This document shows, piece by piece, positions 11,204-19,142 of a stretch of 64,000 nucleotides of DNA (positions are counted from its first letter, which is position 1; every line of letters starts with the position of its first letter). The notes under the pieces were generated by a model. That model worked only from the letters and a program-made list of their open reading frames with translations. It had not been told where the DNA came from and made no database searches. Origin of the DNA: a virus; the IMG/VR virus record IMGVR_UViG_3300035669_000001, positions 13,901 to 77,900 of that record. One strand, given 5' to 3'. A program made the translations under genes and the position numbers.

Positions 11204-11703
11204 TGGACCCGCTGGCCAAGGCCTTCGCCGCGGCACTGGTGGTGACCGCTCCTGGGACGTTCGCCTTCATGGTGAACTGGCTCAGGTCCCACCGGGACAC
11301 CAGGCACAGGAGCAGGAAGTGGAAGAAGGCCCACAGGAAGCGCTGGAAGCGATGAGCTGGCTGCCCACTGTGGCCTTTACAGTGATCGTGGTGGTGATGG
11401 TGATGTTCCTCTGGAGGCACCGTGGCTGACGCACTGGCGTGGTTCCTGGTCTCCATCATGGTCGGCCTCATGGTCGGGGACATGGTGGGTGGTATCTGGT
11501 CGCACTACCTGAAACATCATGGGCATCGGCGCTGACCTCTGGCTGGCCTTCCTCGTGGGATGCTTGTACTGGCCCATGACGGGCCTTCGCATAACCTCAG
11601 AATGGAGCAGGTAATGACTCGGAACGGCTACTACGGCGTTGGTGGAGTGATCGTGGTCGTCATCATCGTGCTGATCTTCCTCAAGGTCTTCCACGTCATC
11701 TGA
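11203..11703 (+). CDS. Chain of five tiny hydrophobic ORFs (11203-11355, 11352-11429, 11422-11535, 11519-11614, 11614-11703)
   Basis: Translated by hand. Each is 25-50 aa with one hydrophobic stretch and overlapping start/stop codons. Confidence 0.6.
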
Positions 11704-11960
11704 TGGACGAGCAGCTCCTCATCAAGGGCCTCGCCTATCTCTCGTGCTCCTCACTGGTCTGTTCTGACCTCGGGATCGGGGACAGGTCCGAGACCTCCCA
11801 GGTTCTCAAGCGCGCCCAGGCCCACATGGAGTCCTGGCCCGAGGACAGGGAGGACGAGGTCACCGACCAGGGTGAGGCCATGATGGCAACGCTCGCCAAC
11901 GACCTGTGGGAGCAGGGCGAGATGATGATCCGGGAGGCCCTGACTCTTGATGCACAGTGA
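11703..11960 (+). CDS. Hypothetical protein
   Basis: Coupled ORF of 85 aa. Confidence 0.55.
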   Translation: MDEQLLIKGLAYLSCSSLVCSDLGIGDRSETSQVLKRAQAHMESWPEDREDEVTDQGEAMMATLANDLWEQGEMMIREALTLDAQ

Positions 11961-11983
11961 TACAAAGACTAGGTTTTGTATCA
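11947..11983 (+). promoter_or_regulatory. SigA-like promoter with overlapping palindromic operator
   Basis: TTGATG(11947)-17 bp-TAGGTT(11970). Inverted repeat TGATACAAA...TTTGTATCA at 11958-11983. ATG at 11983 lies at the predicted +1. Confidence 0.6.
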
Positions 11984-12159
11984 TGGTGAATCAGACTGAA
12001 CGAACCCACCCGGTGATTACTCGGGTCAAGCCCGCAGGACTGGCGAAGATCAACGAGCTTCGAGGTGAGTGGAGCATCAGCGAGTACGTCAGGCAGGCAC
12101 TCGGCCTGGCTGTGAAGCAGGGCCTACGCGGTCCTCGGAAGGTTGACCTGTACCTATGA
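11983..12159 (+). CDS. Ribbon-helix-helix (CopG-like) DNA-binding protein
   Basis: VITRV beta strand, helix, and SISEYVRQAL second helix. Confidence 0.65.
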   Translation: MVNQTERTHPVITRVKPAGLAKINELRGEWSISEYVRQALGLAVKQGLRGPRKVDLYL

Positions 12160-12482
12160 CCACCCCTAGCCAGAACCTGCTGGCCTTCTTCGACTCAAGC
12201 CACTACGTCAACACCCGCCTGCAGCCCCTTGCCAAGATGTGCGAGCAGCTGGCCTGGAACATGGAGGACATCCTCCCGGACGGCCCAGAGAAGACCGCTG
12301 GCCTGAGGAAGCTCCTGGAGGCCAAGGACTGCTTCGTCAGGGCTGCCCTGACGATCTACCCCAACCCGAAGCCGGAGGACACAGATGTCCAGGAGTACGT
12401 CCCGGATACCCGGGAGGTCATCGGATTCAAGATCCCCCTGGCAGACCCCCGTGACGAGGACGTGATCGGGAGGGTGGAGTGA
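12156..12482 (+). CDS. Helical hairpin protein, possibly Acb2/Tad1-like
   Basis: LPDGPEKTAGLRKLLEAKDCFVRA motif. Confidence 0.45.
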   Translation: MTTPSQNLLAFFDSSHYVNTRLQPLAKMCEQLAWNMEDILPDGPEKTAGLRKLLEAKDCFVRAALTIYPNPKPEDTDVQEYVPDTREVIGFKIPLADPRDEDVIGRVE

Positions 12483-12793
12483 TGACCGGTGTGACAGATG
12501 ACCGCAACGACCCGGGCCTTGCCAAGGTCGACCCACAGACTGGACTACAGGAGACCTACCTAGTGCTCTCTGACGAGGAACGTACCAAAGACCTTGTCAG
12601 GCCTGTACGCCGTTCCTACCTGCACCTGAAGTGCGGTGGGGTGACCACGATGGGGCGCAAACTGGCTGAGACCTACGCGAGAGACCCGAAGTTCTACGAC
12701 GGAACCTACTGTGCAACTTGTCGGTACCACTATCCAGTGGGTGAGAACGGTGAGTTCGTCTGGGAGGGAACAGACGAGAAGGTGGGAACCTAA
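12479..12793 (+). CDS. Phage zinc-binding protein of unknown function
   Basis: HxxC...AETYARDPKFY...CxxC motifs. Confidence 0.6.
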   Translation: MMTGVTDDRNDPGLAKVDPQTGLQETYLVLSDEERTKDLVRPVRRSYLHLKCGGVTTMGRKLAETYARDPKFYDGTYCATCRYHYPVGENGEFVWEGTDEKVGT

Positions 12794-13611
12794 CTGAACC
12801 CCTTGGCCTTGGCCCATGTCTCCAGGGCCTTCACAGCCTTCCCGGCCTTGGTGTAGCGGGAGACGATCCCCTTGCGCCAGTCCTGTGTGGAGGCCCACAG
12901 GAGGACGTCAGGGTCGGGCACAGGGGCAGGAGCGGTGACAGGAACGAGCACAGTGGCGTCTCCCTGGCGGTTCAGCAGCATCTCCTTGGTGTCTGCCTCG
13001 CTCATGTAGAAGCGTCCTCTCAGACCCCAGGTCTCCCTCCAGTGGTTGGTGAAGCCCACACGTCCCCTGTTCGGGTCCCACTCGTCCACGCAGAGCTCGT
13101 GGCCACCCCTCTCGATGGAGGTGGGGGTGATCTTCACCAGCCCCTCTGGATCAGGGTCGTCGAAGGTGTCCATCCAGCCCATGCCCATGATGATGCGGTG
13201 CTTCTGGAGGGCTCCCATGAAGTCGTCCCAGGTGAAGATGTGGGAGTAGCCCGACAGCAGCCCCAGCTGCACCGCAGCCTTGCCTCCTGCTAGCCCTGAG
13301 GTGCCGGTGTCGACCTTGCCGATCTTGGTGTCGTACCAGCCGGGAAAGGGGTCGAGCTTGGTCGCCAATGAGTAGCCCGCTACTCCGTACTCGAAGGTGA
13401 AGATCCCGGGTGGAACGGTCATGAAGAAGGGATCCGAGCCCAGCACGTCCAGGATGGAGAAGAACACGCACGCGCCCACGCCGTCCTGGTCCAGGATGCC
13501 GATGTTGGACTCGTGCTTGACAGGGCCGTAGGTGAGCCCTCTAGGCGCTGTGAACGCGTACGCCCTGCTCTTGGGGTCGTGTTCCAGCCTGCGTCCGAGT
13601 GTTCCTGGCAT
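12790..13611 (-). CDS. Papain-like (C1-type) cysteine peptidase
   Basis: DQxxxGAC (Gln/Cys), GGHELC (His) and NHWxxxWGLRG (Asn; a variant of NSW). GGAG RBS. Confidence 0.8.
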   Translation of the reverse strand: MPGTLGRRLEHDPKSRAYAFTAPRGLTYGPVKHESNIGILDQDGVGACVFFSILDVLGSDPFFMTVPPGIFTFEYGVAGYSLATKLDPFPGWYDTKIGKVDTGTSGLAGGKAAVQLGLLSGYSHIFTWDDFMGALQKHRIIMGMGWMDTFDDPDPEGLVKITPTSIERGGHELCVDEWDPNRGRVGFTNHWRETWGLRGRFYMSEADTKEMLLNRQGDATVLVPVTAPAPVPDPDVLLWASTQDWRKGIVSRYTKAGKAVKALETWAKAKGFS

Positions 13612-13912
13612 TTCTCTCCTCAGTGTCTTGGGCCAAGGCCTCTGCGTGGGCCATCACCTGGTCGTAGCCCGACTGGGCCAGTGCGCGGATCTTCATGCCG
13701 TAGTCCCGAGGCTCCCAGGGCTTGCCCTTGAACATCAGCTCCATCAGGAAGTGGATGTCGGAGTGGGCGTTGCAGCAGATCTGGACCTTGTTCGAGGCCA
13801 CGTTCTTGCCCCCGTACCCGAGCGGGAAGACGTGATGGATCTCGTAGGAGACCTTGGACTCGTGGACGTGGCACACGAACCCGGTGTTACTCCTGGCCAC
13901 GGTGGCACTCAC
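13541..13912 (-). CDS. HNH endonuclease
   Basis: EIHHVFPLGYGG..N...CCNAHSDIH. Confidence 0.8.
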   Translation of the reverse strand: MSATVARSNTGFVCHVHESKVSYEIHHVFPLGYGGKNVASNKVQICCNAHSDIHFLMELMFKGKPWEPRDYGMKIRALAQSGYDQVMAHAEALAQDTEERNARNTRTQAGTRPQEQGVRVHSA

Positions 13913-14013
13913 AGACGCAGGGGGCGTGACAGGTCTTGCAGGTCAGCCGGCAGTCGGCGTGGTTGCCGTGGAAGCAGTAGGTCGAGAGGTAGACGTGGTC
14001 CTCCATGGCTTTC
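13887..14013 (-). CDS. Small Cys/His-rich zinc-finger protein
   Basis: CFHGNHADCRLTCKTCHAPCVCECH. Start position uncertain. Confidence 0.5.
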
Positions 14014-14052
14014 ATCCTAAGGTCGCGTGGACCCCGATGAGAGGATTGGCCT

Positions 14053-16050
14053 GTGAGTATCGACCAGTCCAACTACGCCCAGATGGTGGACGTCACCCAG
14101 GAGGGTGAGGTCAAGCAGCTGCCTGTCGGCGGGATGTTCGACGAGATGGGCGGGACCGGGCTCAAGCGCTCTGCGGGGGTCATCGACGAGGAGTTCATGC
14201 CCGCCCTCCGGGGCACCAAGGGCGTCGCGGTCTTCCGGGAGATGTCGCTCAACGACTACACCGTGGGCTCGTTGCTGTTCACGATCGAGATGCTGCTGCG
14301 CCAGATCGACTGGACGGTGACCGGGGACGACACCTCACCGGAGCAGTCAGAGGCTGTGCAGTTCGTGGAGGAGTGCATGGACGACATGTCCCACTCCTGG
14401 AACGACATGATCGCCGAGATCCTCTCGATGCTCACCTACGGGTGGGCCTGGCACGAAATCGTCTACAAGAAGCGGGTAGGGCCCTGGGAGACCGACCCCA
14501 AGAAGCGCTCCAAGTTCACCGATGGCCGGATCGGGTGGCGCAAGATGCCCATCCGGGCCCAGGAGACGCTGTTCCGGTGGATCTTCGACGTCGACGGCGG
14601 CATCAAGGGGCTCGTGCAGATCCCTCCCCCGGACTACACCCAGCGCACCTTGAGCATCGAGAAGGGCCTGCTGTTCCGCACCGGGATCCACAAGGGCAAC
14701 CCCGAGGGCCGGTCAATCCTTCGGAACGCGTACCGCCCGTGGTACTTCAAGAAGCGCCTGGAGGAGTTCGAGGCGATCGGGGTCGAGCGTGATCTTGCGG
14801 GCCTTCCATTCGCCAAGATCCCCAGCCGGCTGATGGACCCGAACGCCTCCCCTGCTGAGAAGCAGATGTACGCAGCGTTCAAGAAGCTCGTGGCCAACGT
14901 CCGGCGGGACGAGCACGAAGGGGTAGTGATTCCCAGCGACGTCGACGCCGAATCCAAGGCCCCCAAGTACGACTTCCAGCTCCTCGCCTCCGGGGGCAGC
15001 CGCACCTTCGACACCAACGCGCTGATCGGCCGCTACGAGCTGGCCATCCTCTCGACCGTTCTGGCCGACTTCCTCAAGCTGGGTCACGAGGGTCAGGGCT
15101 CCTACGCCATGCACGTGGACAAGACCGGCATCTTCCGGGCTGCTCTCAACACCATAGCCACTGCCATCGCCGACGTCTTCAACCGCTACGCGATCCCGAG
15201 GCTGTTCGCGGCCAACTCCTGGAAGCTGGACAAGCTCCCCAAGATCGAGCCCTCCAACGTCGACCCGCCCAACCTGGCCGAGCTGGGCCAGTTCATGACG
15301 TCCATGGCGGGCCTGGGGATGACCTTCTTCCCCGACCCCGACCTCGAGAAGTACCTGCGTGACACCGCGCACCTCCCCGCCCTCTCAGAGGAGCAGGAGG
15401 AGATGCACCGGATGATGAGCGAGCAGGCCAACGCGATGGAGTTCATGGGGGCCAAGCAGAAGGCCGAGATGGTGGGCCAGGGGATGACCCCCGAACAGGC
15501 CCAGATGCAGTCGGAGATGCCCACCCCGGAGATGCAGGCCCAGGATCCCCAGGCCCAGGCGACCAACCAGAAGATGCAGATGGACCAGGCGGCCTCTGAG
15601 CAGAAGATGGCCCAGGAGGCACAGTCCCACTCACTGCAGCAGGCCACCCAGGCCCAGGGGCTGGAGCAGGCCACCAAGGAGACCGACCTCAAGGCCAAGC
15701 AGGGCGAGGCCGAGCTGGCGACCGAGATGAAGCGGATGCAGATGGAGCTCGACGCCATGAAGGCCAAGATGGGCCTGGAGGCAGAGGGTTCCAAGCAGAC
15801 CCTGGACGCCAAGGCCAAGGGCTCCGCGCTCGACCTCAAGGCCAAGGAGGCGAGCACCAAGGCCGACCTGGACGCCAAGAGGCGGGGCAACGTGATCGAC
15901 CTGAAGGCCAAGCAGGCCCAGGCGAAGCTGCGTCCACAGCCGGCCGCAGGAAGGTCCAAGGGACGCGGAAGGGTGAGCAAGAACGGCAATCTCGGGCCTT
16001 CCAACGGCTGGGGCTGGCCGAACGATGACAACCCGTTCCGTAGGTCCTGA
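14053..16050 (+). CDS. Portal protein with Gln/Ala/Met-rich coiled-coil C-terminal extension
   Basis: Mu gp29/DUF935-type portal features (YGWAWHEIVY, GNPEGRSILRNAYRPWYFKK, IGVERDLAGLP) and position before the head genes. Confidence 0.88.
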   Translation: MSIDQSNYAQMVDVTQEGEVKQLPVGGMFDEMGGTGLKRSAGVIDEEFMPALRGTKGVAVFREMSLNDYTVGSLLFTIEMLLRQIDWTVTGDDTSPEQSEAVQFVEECMDDMSHSWNDMIAEILSMLTYGWAWHEIVYKKRVGPWETDPKKRSKFTDGRIGWRKMPIRAQETLFRWIFDVDGGIKGLVQIPPPDYTQRTLSIEKGLLFRTGIHKGNPEGRSILRNAYRPWYFKKRLEEFEAIGVERDLAGLPFAKIPSRLMDPNASPAEKQMYAAFKKLVANVRRDEHEGVVIPSDVDAESKAPKYDFQLLASGGSRTFDTNALIGRYELAILSTVLADFLKLGHEGQGSYAMHVDKTGIFRAALNTIATAIADVFNRYAIPRLFAANSWKLDKLPKIEPSNVDPPNLAELGQFMTSMAGLGMTFFPDPDLEKYLRDTAHLPALSEEQEEMHRMMSEQANAMEFMGAKQKAEMVGQGMTPEQAQMQSEMPTPEMQAQDPQAQATNQKMQMDQAASEQKMAQEAQSHSLQQATQAQGLEQATKETDLKAKQGEAELATEMKRMQMELDAMKAKMGLEAEGSKQTLDAKAKGSALDLKAKEASTKADLDAKRRGNVIDLKAKQAQAKLRPQPAAGRSKGRGRVSKNGNLGPSNGWGWPNDDNPFRRS

Positions 16051-19000
16051 TGCCCTGGGAGCGCACCGGCAGCGGCTACAAGACCGCCAAGGGCGGCTTC
16101 GTCCGTAATCCTGGTCAGTACGAGACCCTTAGGTCCAAGGGGATGTCCAAGAGACGTGCGGCCATGATCTCCAACTCGGTGGGCAAGTCCTACATCGGCG
16201 GCAAGTTCGTCCGGGCGGTGGACCTGACCGCCGAGCAGCGCAAGGTCCTGGGCGCAGGCAAGTACATCCTTTACCGCGGCCGCAACAAGCATGTCAGCAG
16301 AGGTCTTGAGAGGTTCGGACCGAACAACCAATGGAGGCAGTCTCGAGGAGCCAGCGGCAACCGGGGCACCCACCTCAACGAGTACAGGGCAGGGTGGAGC
16401 GCTACCAAGAACGTCGTCGCAGCGCCAGGGAACATGGGTGGTGCTCGCCGGAACAAGCAGGCGTACCGCCGGCTTGAGCAGGTCAACGGGGAGACCAACA
16501 CCGCTGCCTTCACCATCCGTACCGGGTCCAAGAGCACAGGCAAGTCCCACGTCTTCTACAACCGGAAGCGGATGCAGGAGGCCGAGAGTCATAAGCCCGG
16601 CTACCTGGCTGCCGTAGCTCCACACGAGCACGCCCATGCCGCTCCCAAGAGGTCCGGCTACCGGCTCTTCCAGGTCATCCAGGACCCTGCCACGCTGGGA
16701 CGCGAGGAGGCCAGGGCGGACTTCATCGCCTCAGGTGGGAAGCCGGTCAGGGGGCTGAAACGCACGTCCTTCTACGCCCACAACGCCCTGCGGGATCGAC
16801 AGGCGTCCAAGTACAAGTACGTGAAGGACGTCGGGGGCAAGCAGGGCGAGTTCGGTGCGTCCTACATCGCGCACACCCGGATGCTGCACAACAAGATCAG
16901 CAAGCCAAAGAAGGTGTCCAAGGCGTTCGGCGGGGTCAAGCGGGTGGCAGGAGCCTTCGCCAGGAAGCCCACAGCAGAGGCCGCGACCTTCGTGGACAAC
17001 CGGGTGGCTCAGGTTGCTCCCGGGATCACCAGGGCCGCTGCACCGCCGAAGAACGCCACCCAGTCACTGGTCAGCGACACGTTGGCCCACATCAACCGGG
17101 TCAAGGCCAGCCCTCCTGCTGCTGTCCCCTTCGCCCCGCACAAGCCCAAGACCATCGGGTCACTGGGGGCCGAGTGGCATCCCAAGCCACAGGCAGCCGC
17201 TGCGTCCGGGGCTCTCAGCTTCAAGGGCCACAAGGCGCCTCCGCTGACCAAGCCCGCACCAGCGAAGGCAAAGCCTGTTCAGGCACCCCCACCCGCTGCT
17301 CCTCGGCTCTCCCGTGTTGGTGCCCAGCGGAGCAGGTCGGGGTTCCAGGGGTTCACCCGGAGGCCCAGGGTTGTTCCTGCGGCCCCCAGTGCCCCTCCCA
17401 GGGCCGCTCCTGCAGTCACCAGGCCACCTAGTGCCCAGCCGGTGAGCACACCGACCCAGGCTCCGCGTGGCAACGGCCGGCGCAACGCCGGCATTGCAGC
17501 AGCCGGTGCAGGTGCGGTAGGTCTTACCGGAGCAGCGGTCTACTCGAGGAGGAAAAAGGTGGACGGCGTATCAAAGGCGTTCTCCCTACGCGGGGTCGCC
17601 CCGCGCCGGATGGGGGTCAACGTCGGCCAGCATGCCGGTGTGAACACACCACGCAGGGCCGGTGGCTTGTCGAGCATGTTCCAGCGGGGCAGTGCGCCGA
17701 AGCGCGCCATGCAGGCAGGCTCGCGGGAGATGGGTGTCGCTGCCAGCCCTCGTCGGCTGATGGGTCCAGGTGCCGCCCCAGGTGGCGGCATCAACCCCCG
17801 CGGGACTGGACGCCCTGCCAGTGCTGTGGGCCGTCCAGGACTGGCTGCTGCTCCCTCGGTGGCCGCCGGTGGTCCTGCCGCGGCCGCACCCAAGGTGGGA
17901 GGCATCGCCCGTCCGGTCGGTTCCGGCAGCAGGCCGGCGCCGAAGACCGGCGGGATGGCCCGGCCCTACGCCCCGGTGCCCAAGCCTCCGGTGACCACTC
18001 CCAAGCTGCCAGGGGCTGCTGCAGCGCGTCCGTACGCGCCTGTCCCTGTCGCTCCGAGGACCAGCAACCGGAACCGTAACCTTGCCCTGGGAGCAGGCGC
18101 TGTGGGTGCTGGCGGGCTCGGCATGGCCGGTGGTGCTCTCGGGCAGCGCAAGGTCCGCAAGTCCTTCTCGCCCAACCAGGCACGAGACGAAAGGGGCAGG
18201 TTCATGCCCATGGTGCAGATGCTCCAGGTCAACGACTTCGAGCAGACCGAGGACAACGTCGAGAAGAAGTTCGACCGGACCGACAAGATCATCGCCGGAC
18301 TGTCAGCAGTCGGGTTGGCCGGTGCCGGGGCTGCCGCCTACAAGGGCAACAAGGAGGCCAAGCGTCTGGGTGGCACGAAGGGACTCACCACCAAGGAGAA
18401 GATCTTCGGTGTCCGGGGCAAGGTTGCCCAGTGGGCCGGTACCGAGAAGCCCAAAGGTTGGAAGCCCTCGGACCGGGTGCACAAGTCTCTGCGGGTCACA
18501 GGGGCACGTCGGCTCCCGGGGTACAAGCCACATCCTGACGACGTGGAGGAAGCGGTCGCCCTGGCACGCAAGCAGTTCCCCGGTCGCAAGACGACCAAGA
18601 AGGAGGTCCTGGAGGAGCTTCAACCCTCTGGTGGTCTGGGTGGTGTAGCAGGTAGGGGCTTCGGGGCAAGGTCGAACCGCATCTCCAAGGGCTCTCCCGA
18701 CATGGCCGACGTCCACATCGAGGGTGTGCTGCGTCCGGTCGGCAAGATGCGTCGTGCCCGGGTGGAGAAGGGCATGGTCGTGGTGGGCAAGGCCGACGAG
18801 CCCCGCAAGCCCGGCCAGTGGAACGCCAACCAGCGTGCTGGCGCTGCTGGACTGGTGAGCACGTTGGCCGGTGGTGCCATTCCCCTCGGGGTAGGGATCG
18901 GCGCTGGCAGTGCTGCGCGCAAGGGCAAGCGGTTCAAGACCGGCGGCAACGCCTTCGTCCGCACCGGCGCGGAGGGCGGCGTCGGGGGTGCTGTGGGAGC

Positions 19001-19139
19001 AGGTGCGGGTATGTTGACCCGCAACCGTATGGCTACGAAGATCGGCGCAGCTCTCGGTGGAGGTGTCGGGACCGTCCACGGTGCCAATCGGTCGATCGCC
19101 AACTCACGTCGCAAGGGATACCTGAGGAGCGGTTTCTAG
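16050..19139 (+). CDS. 1029-aa modular basic protein; putative protease-processed internal head polyprotein
   Basis: Modules separated by [VI]xK motifs. Contains HEHAH..EE, Gly-zipper segments, RDERGRF and PDMADVHI. Confidence 0.6.
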   Translation: MPWERTGSGYKTAKGGFVRNPGQYETLRSKGMSKRRAAMISNSVGKSYIGGKFVRAVDLTAEQRKVLGAGKYILYRGRNKHVSRGLERFGPNNQWRQSRGASGNRGTHLNEYRAGWSATKNVVAAPGNMGGARRNKQAYRRLEQVNGETNTAAFTIRTGSKSTGKSHVFYNRKRMQEAESHKPGYLAAVAPHEHAHAAPKRSGYRLFQVIQDPATLGREEARADFIASGGKPVRGLKRTSFYAHNALRDRQASKYKYVKDVGGKQGEFGASYIAHTRMLHNKISKPKKVSKAFGGVKRVAGAFARKPTAEAATFVDNRVAQVAPGITRAAAPPKNATQSLVSDTLAHINRVKASPPAAVPFAPHKPKTIGSLGAEWHPKPQAAAASGALSFKGHKAPPLTKPAPAKAKPVQAPPPAAPRLSRVGAQRSRSGFQGFTRRPRVVPAAPSAPPRAAPAVTRPPSAQPVSTPTQAPRGNGRRNAGIAAAGAGAVGLTGAAVYSRRKKVDGVSKAFSLRGVAPRRMGVNVGQHAGVNTPRRAGGLSSMFQRGSAPKRAMQAGSREMGVAASPRRLMGPGAAPGGGINPRGTGRPASAVGRPGLAAAPSVAAGGPAAAAPKVGGIARPVGSGSRPAPKTGGMARPYAPVPKPPVTTPKLPGAAAARPYAPVPVAPRTSNRNRNLALGAGAVGAGGLGMAGGALGQRKVRKSFSPNQARDERGRFMPMVQMLQVNDFEQTEDNVEKKFDRTDKIIAGLSAVGLAGAGAAAYKGNKEAKRLGGTKGLTTKEKIFGVRGKVAQWAGTEKPKGWKPSDRVHKSLRVTGARRLPGYKPHPDDVEEAVALARKQFPGRKTTKKEVLEELQPSGGLGGVAGRGFGARSNRISKGSPDMADVHIEGVLRPVGKMRRARVEKGMVVVGKADEPRKPGQWNANQRAGAAGLVSTLAGGAIPLGVGIGAGSAARKGKRFKTGGNAFVRTGAEGGVGGAVGAGAGMLTRNRMATKIGAALGGGVGTVHGANRSIANSRRKGYLRSGF

Positions 19140-19142
19140 GCC

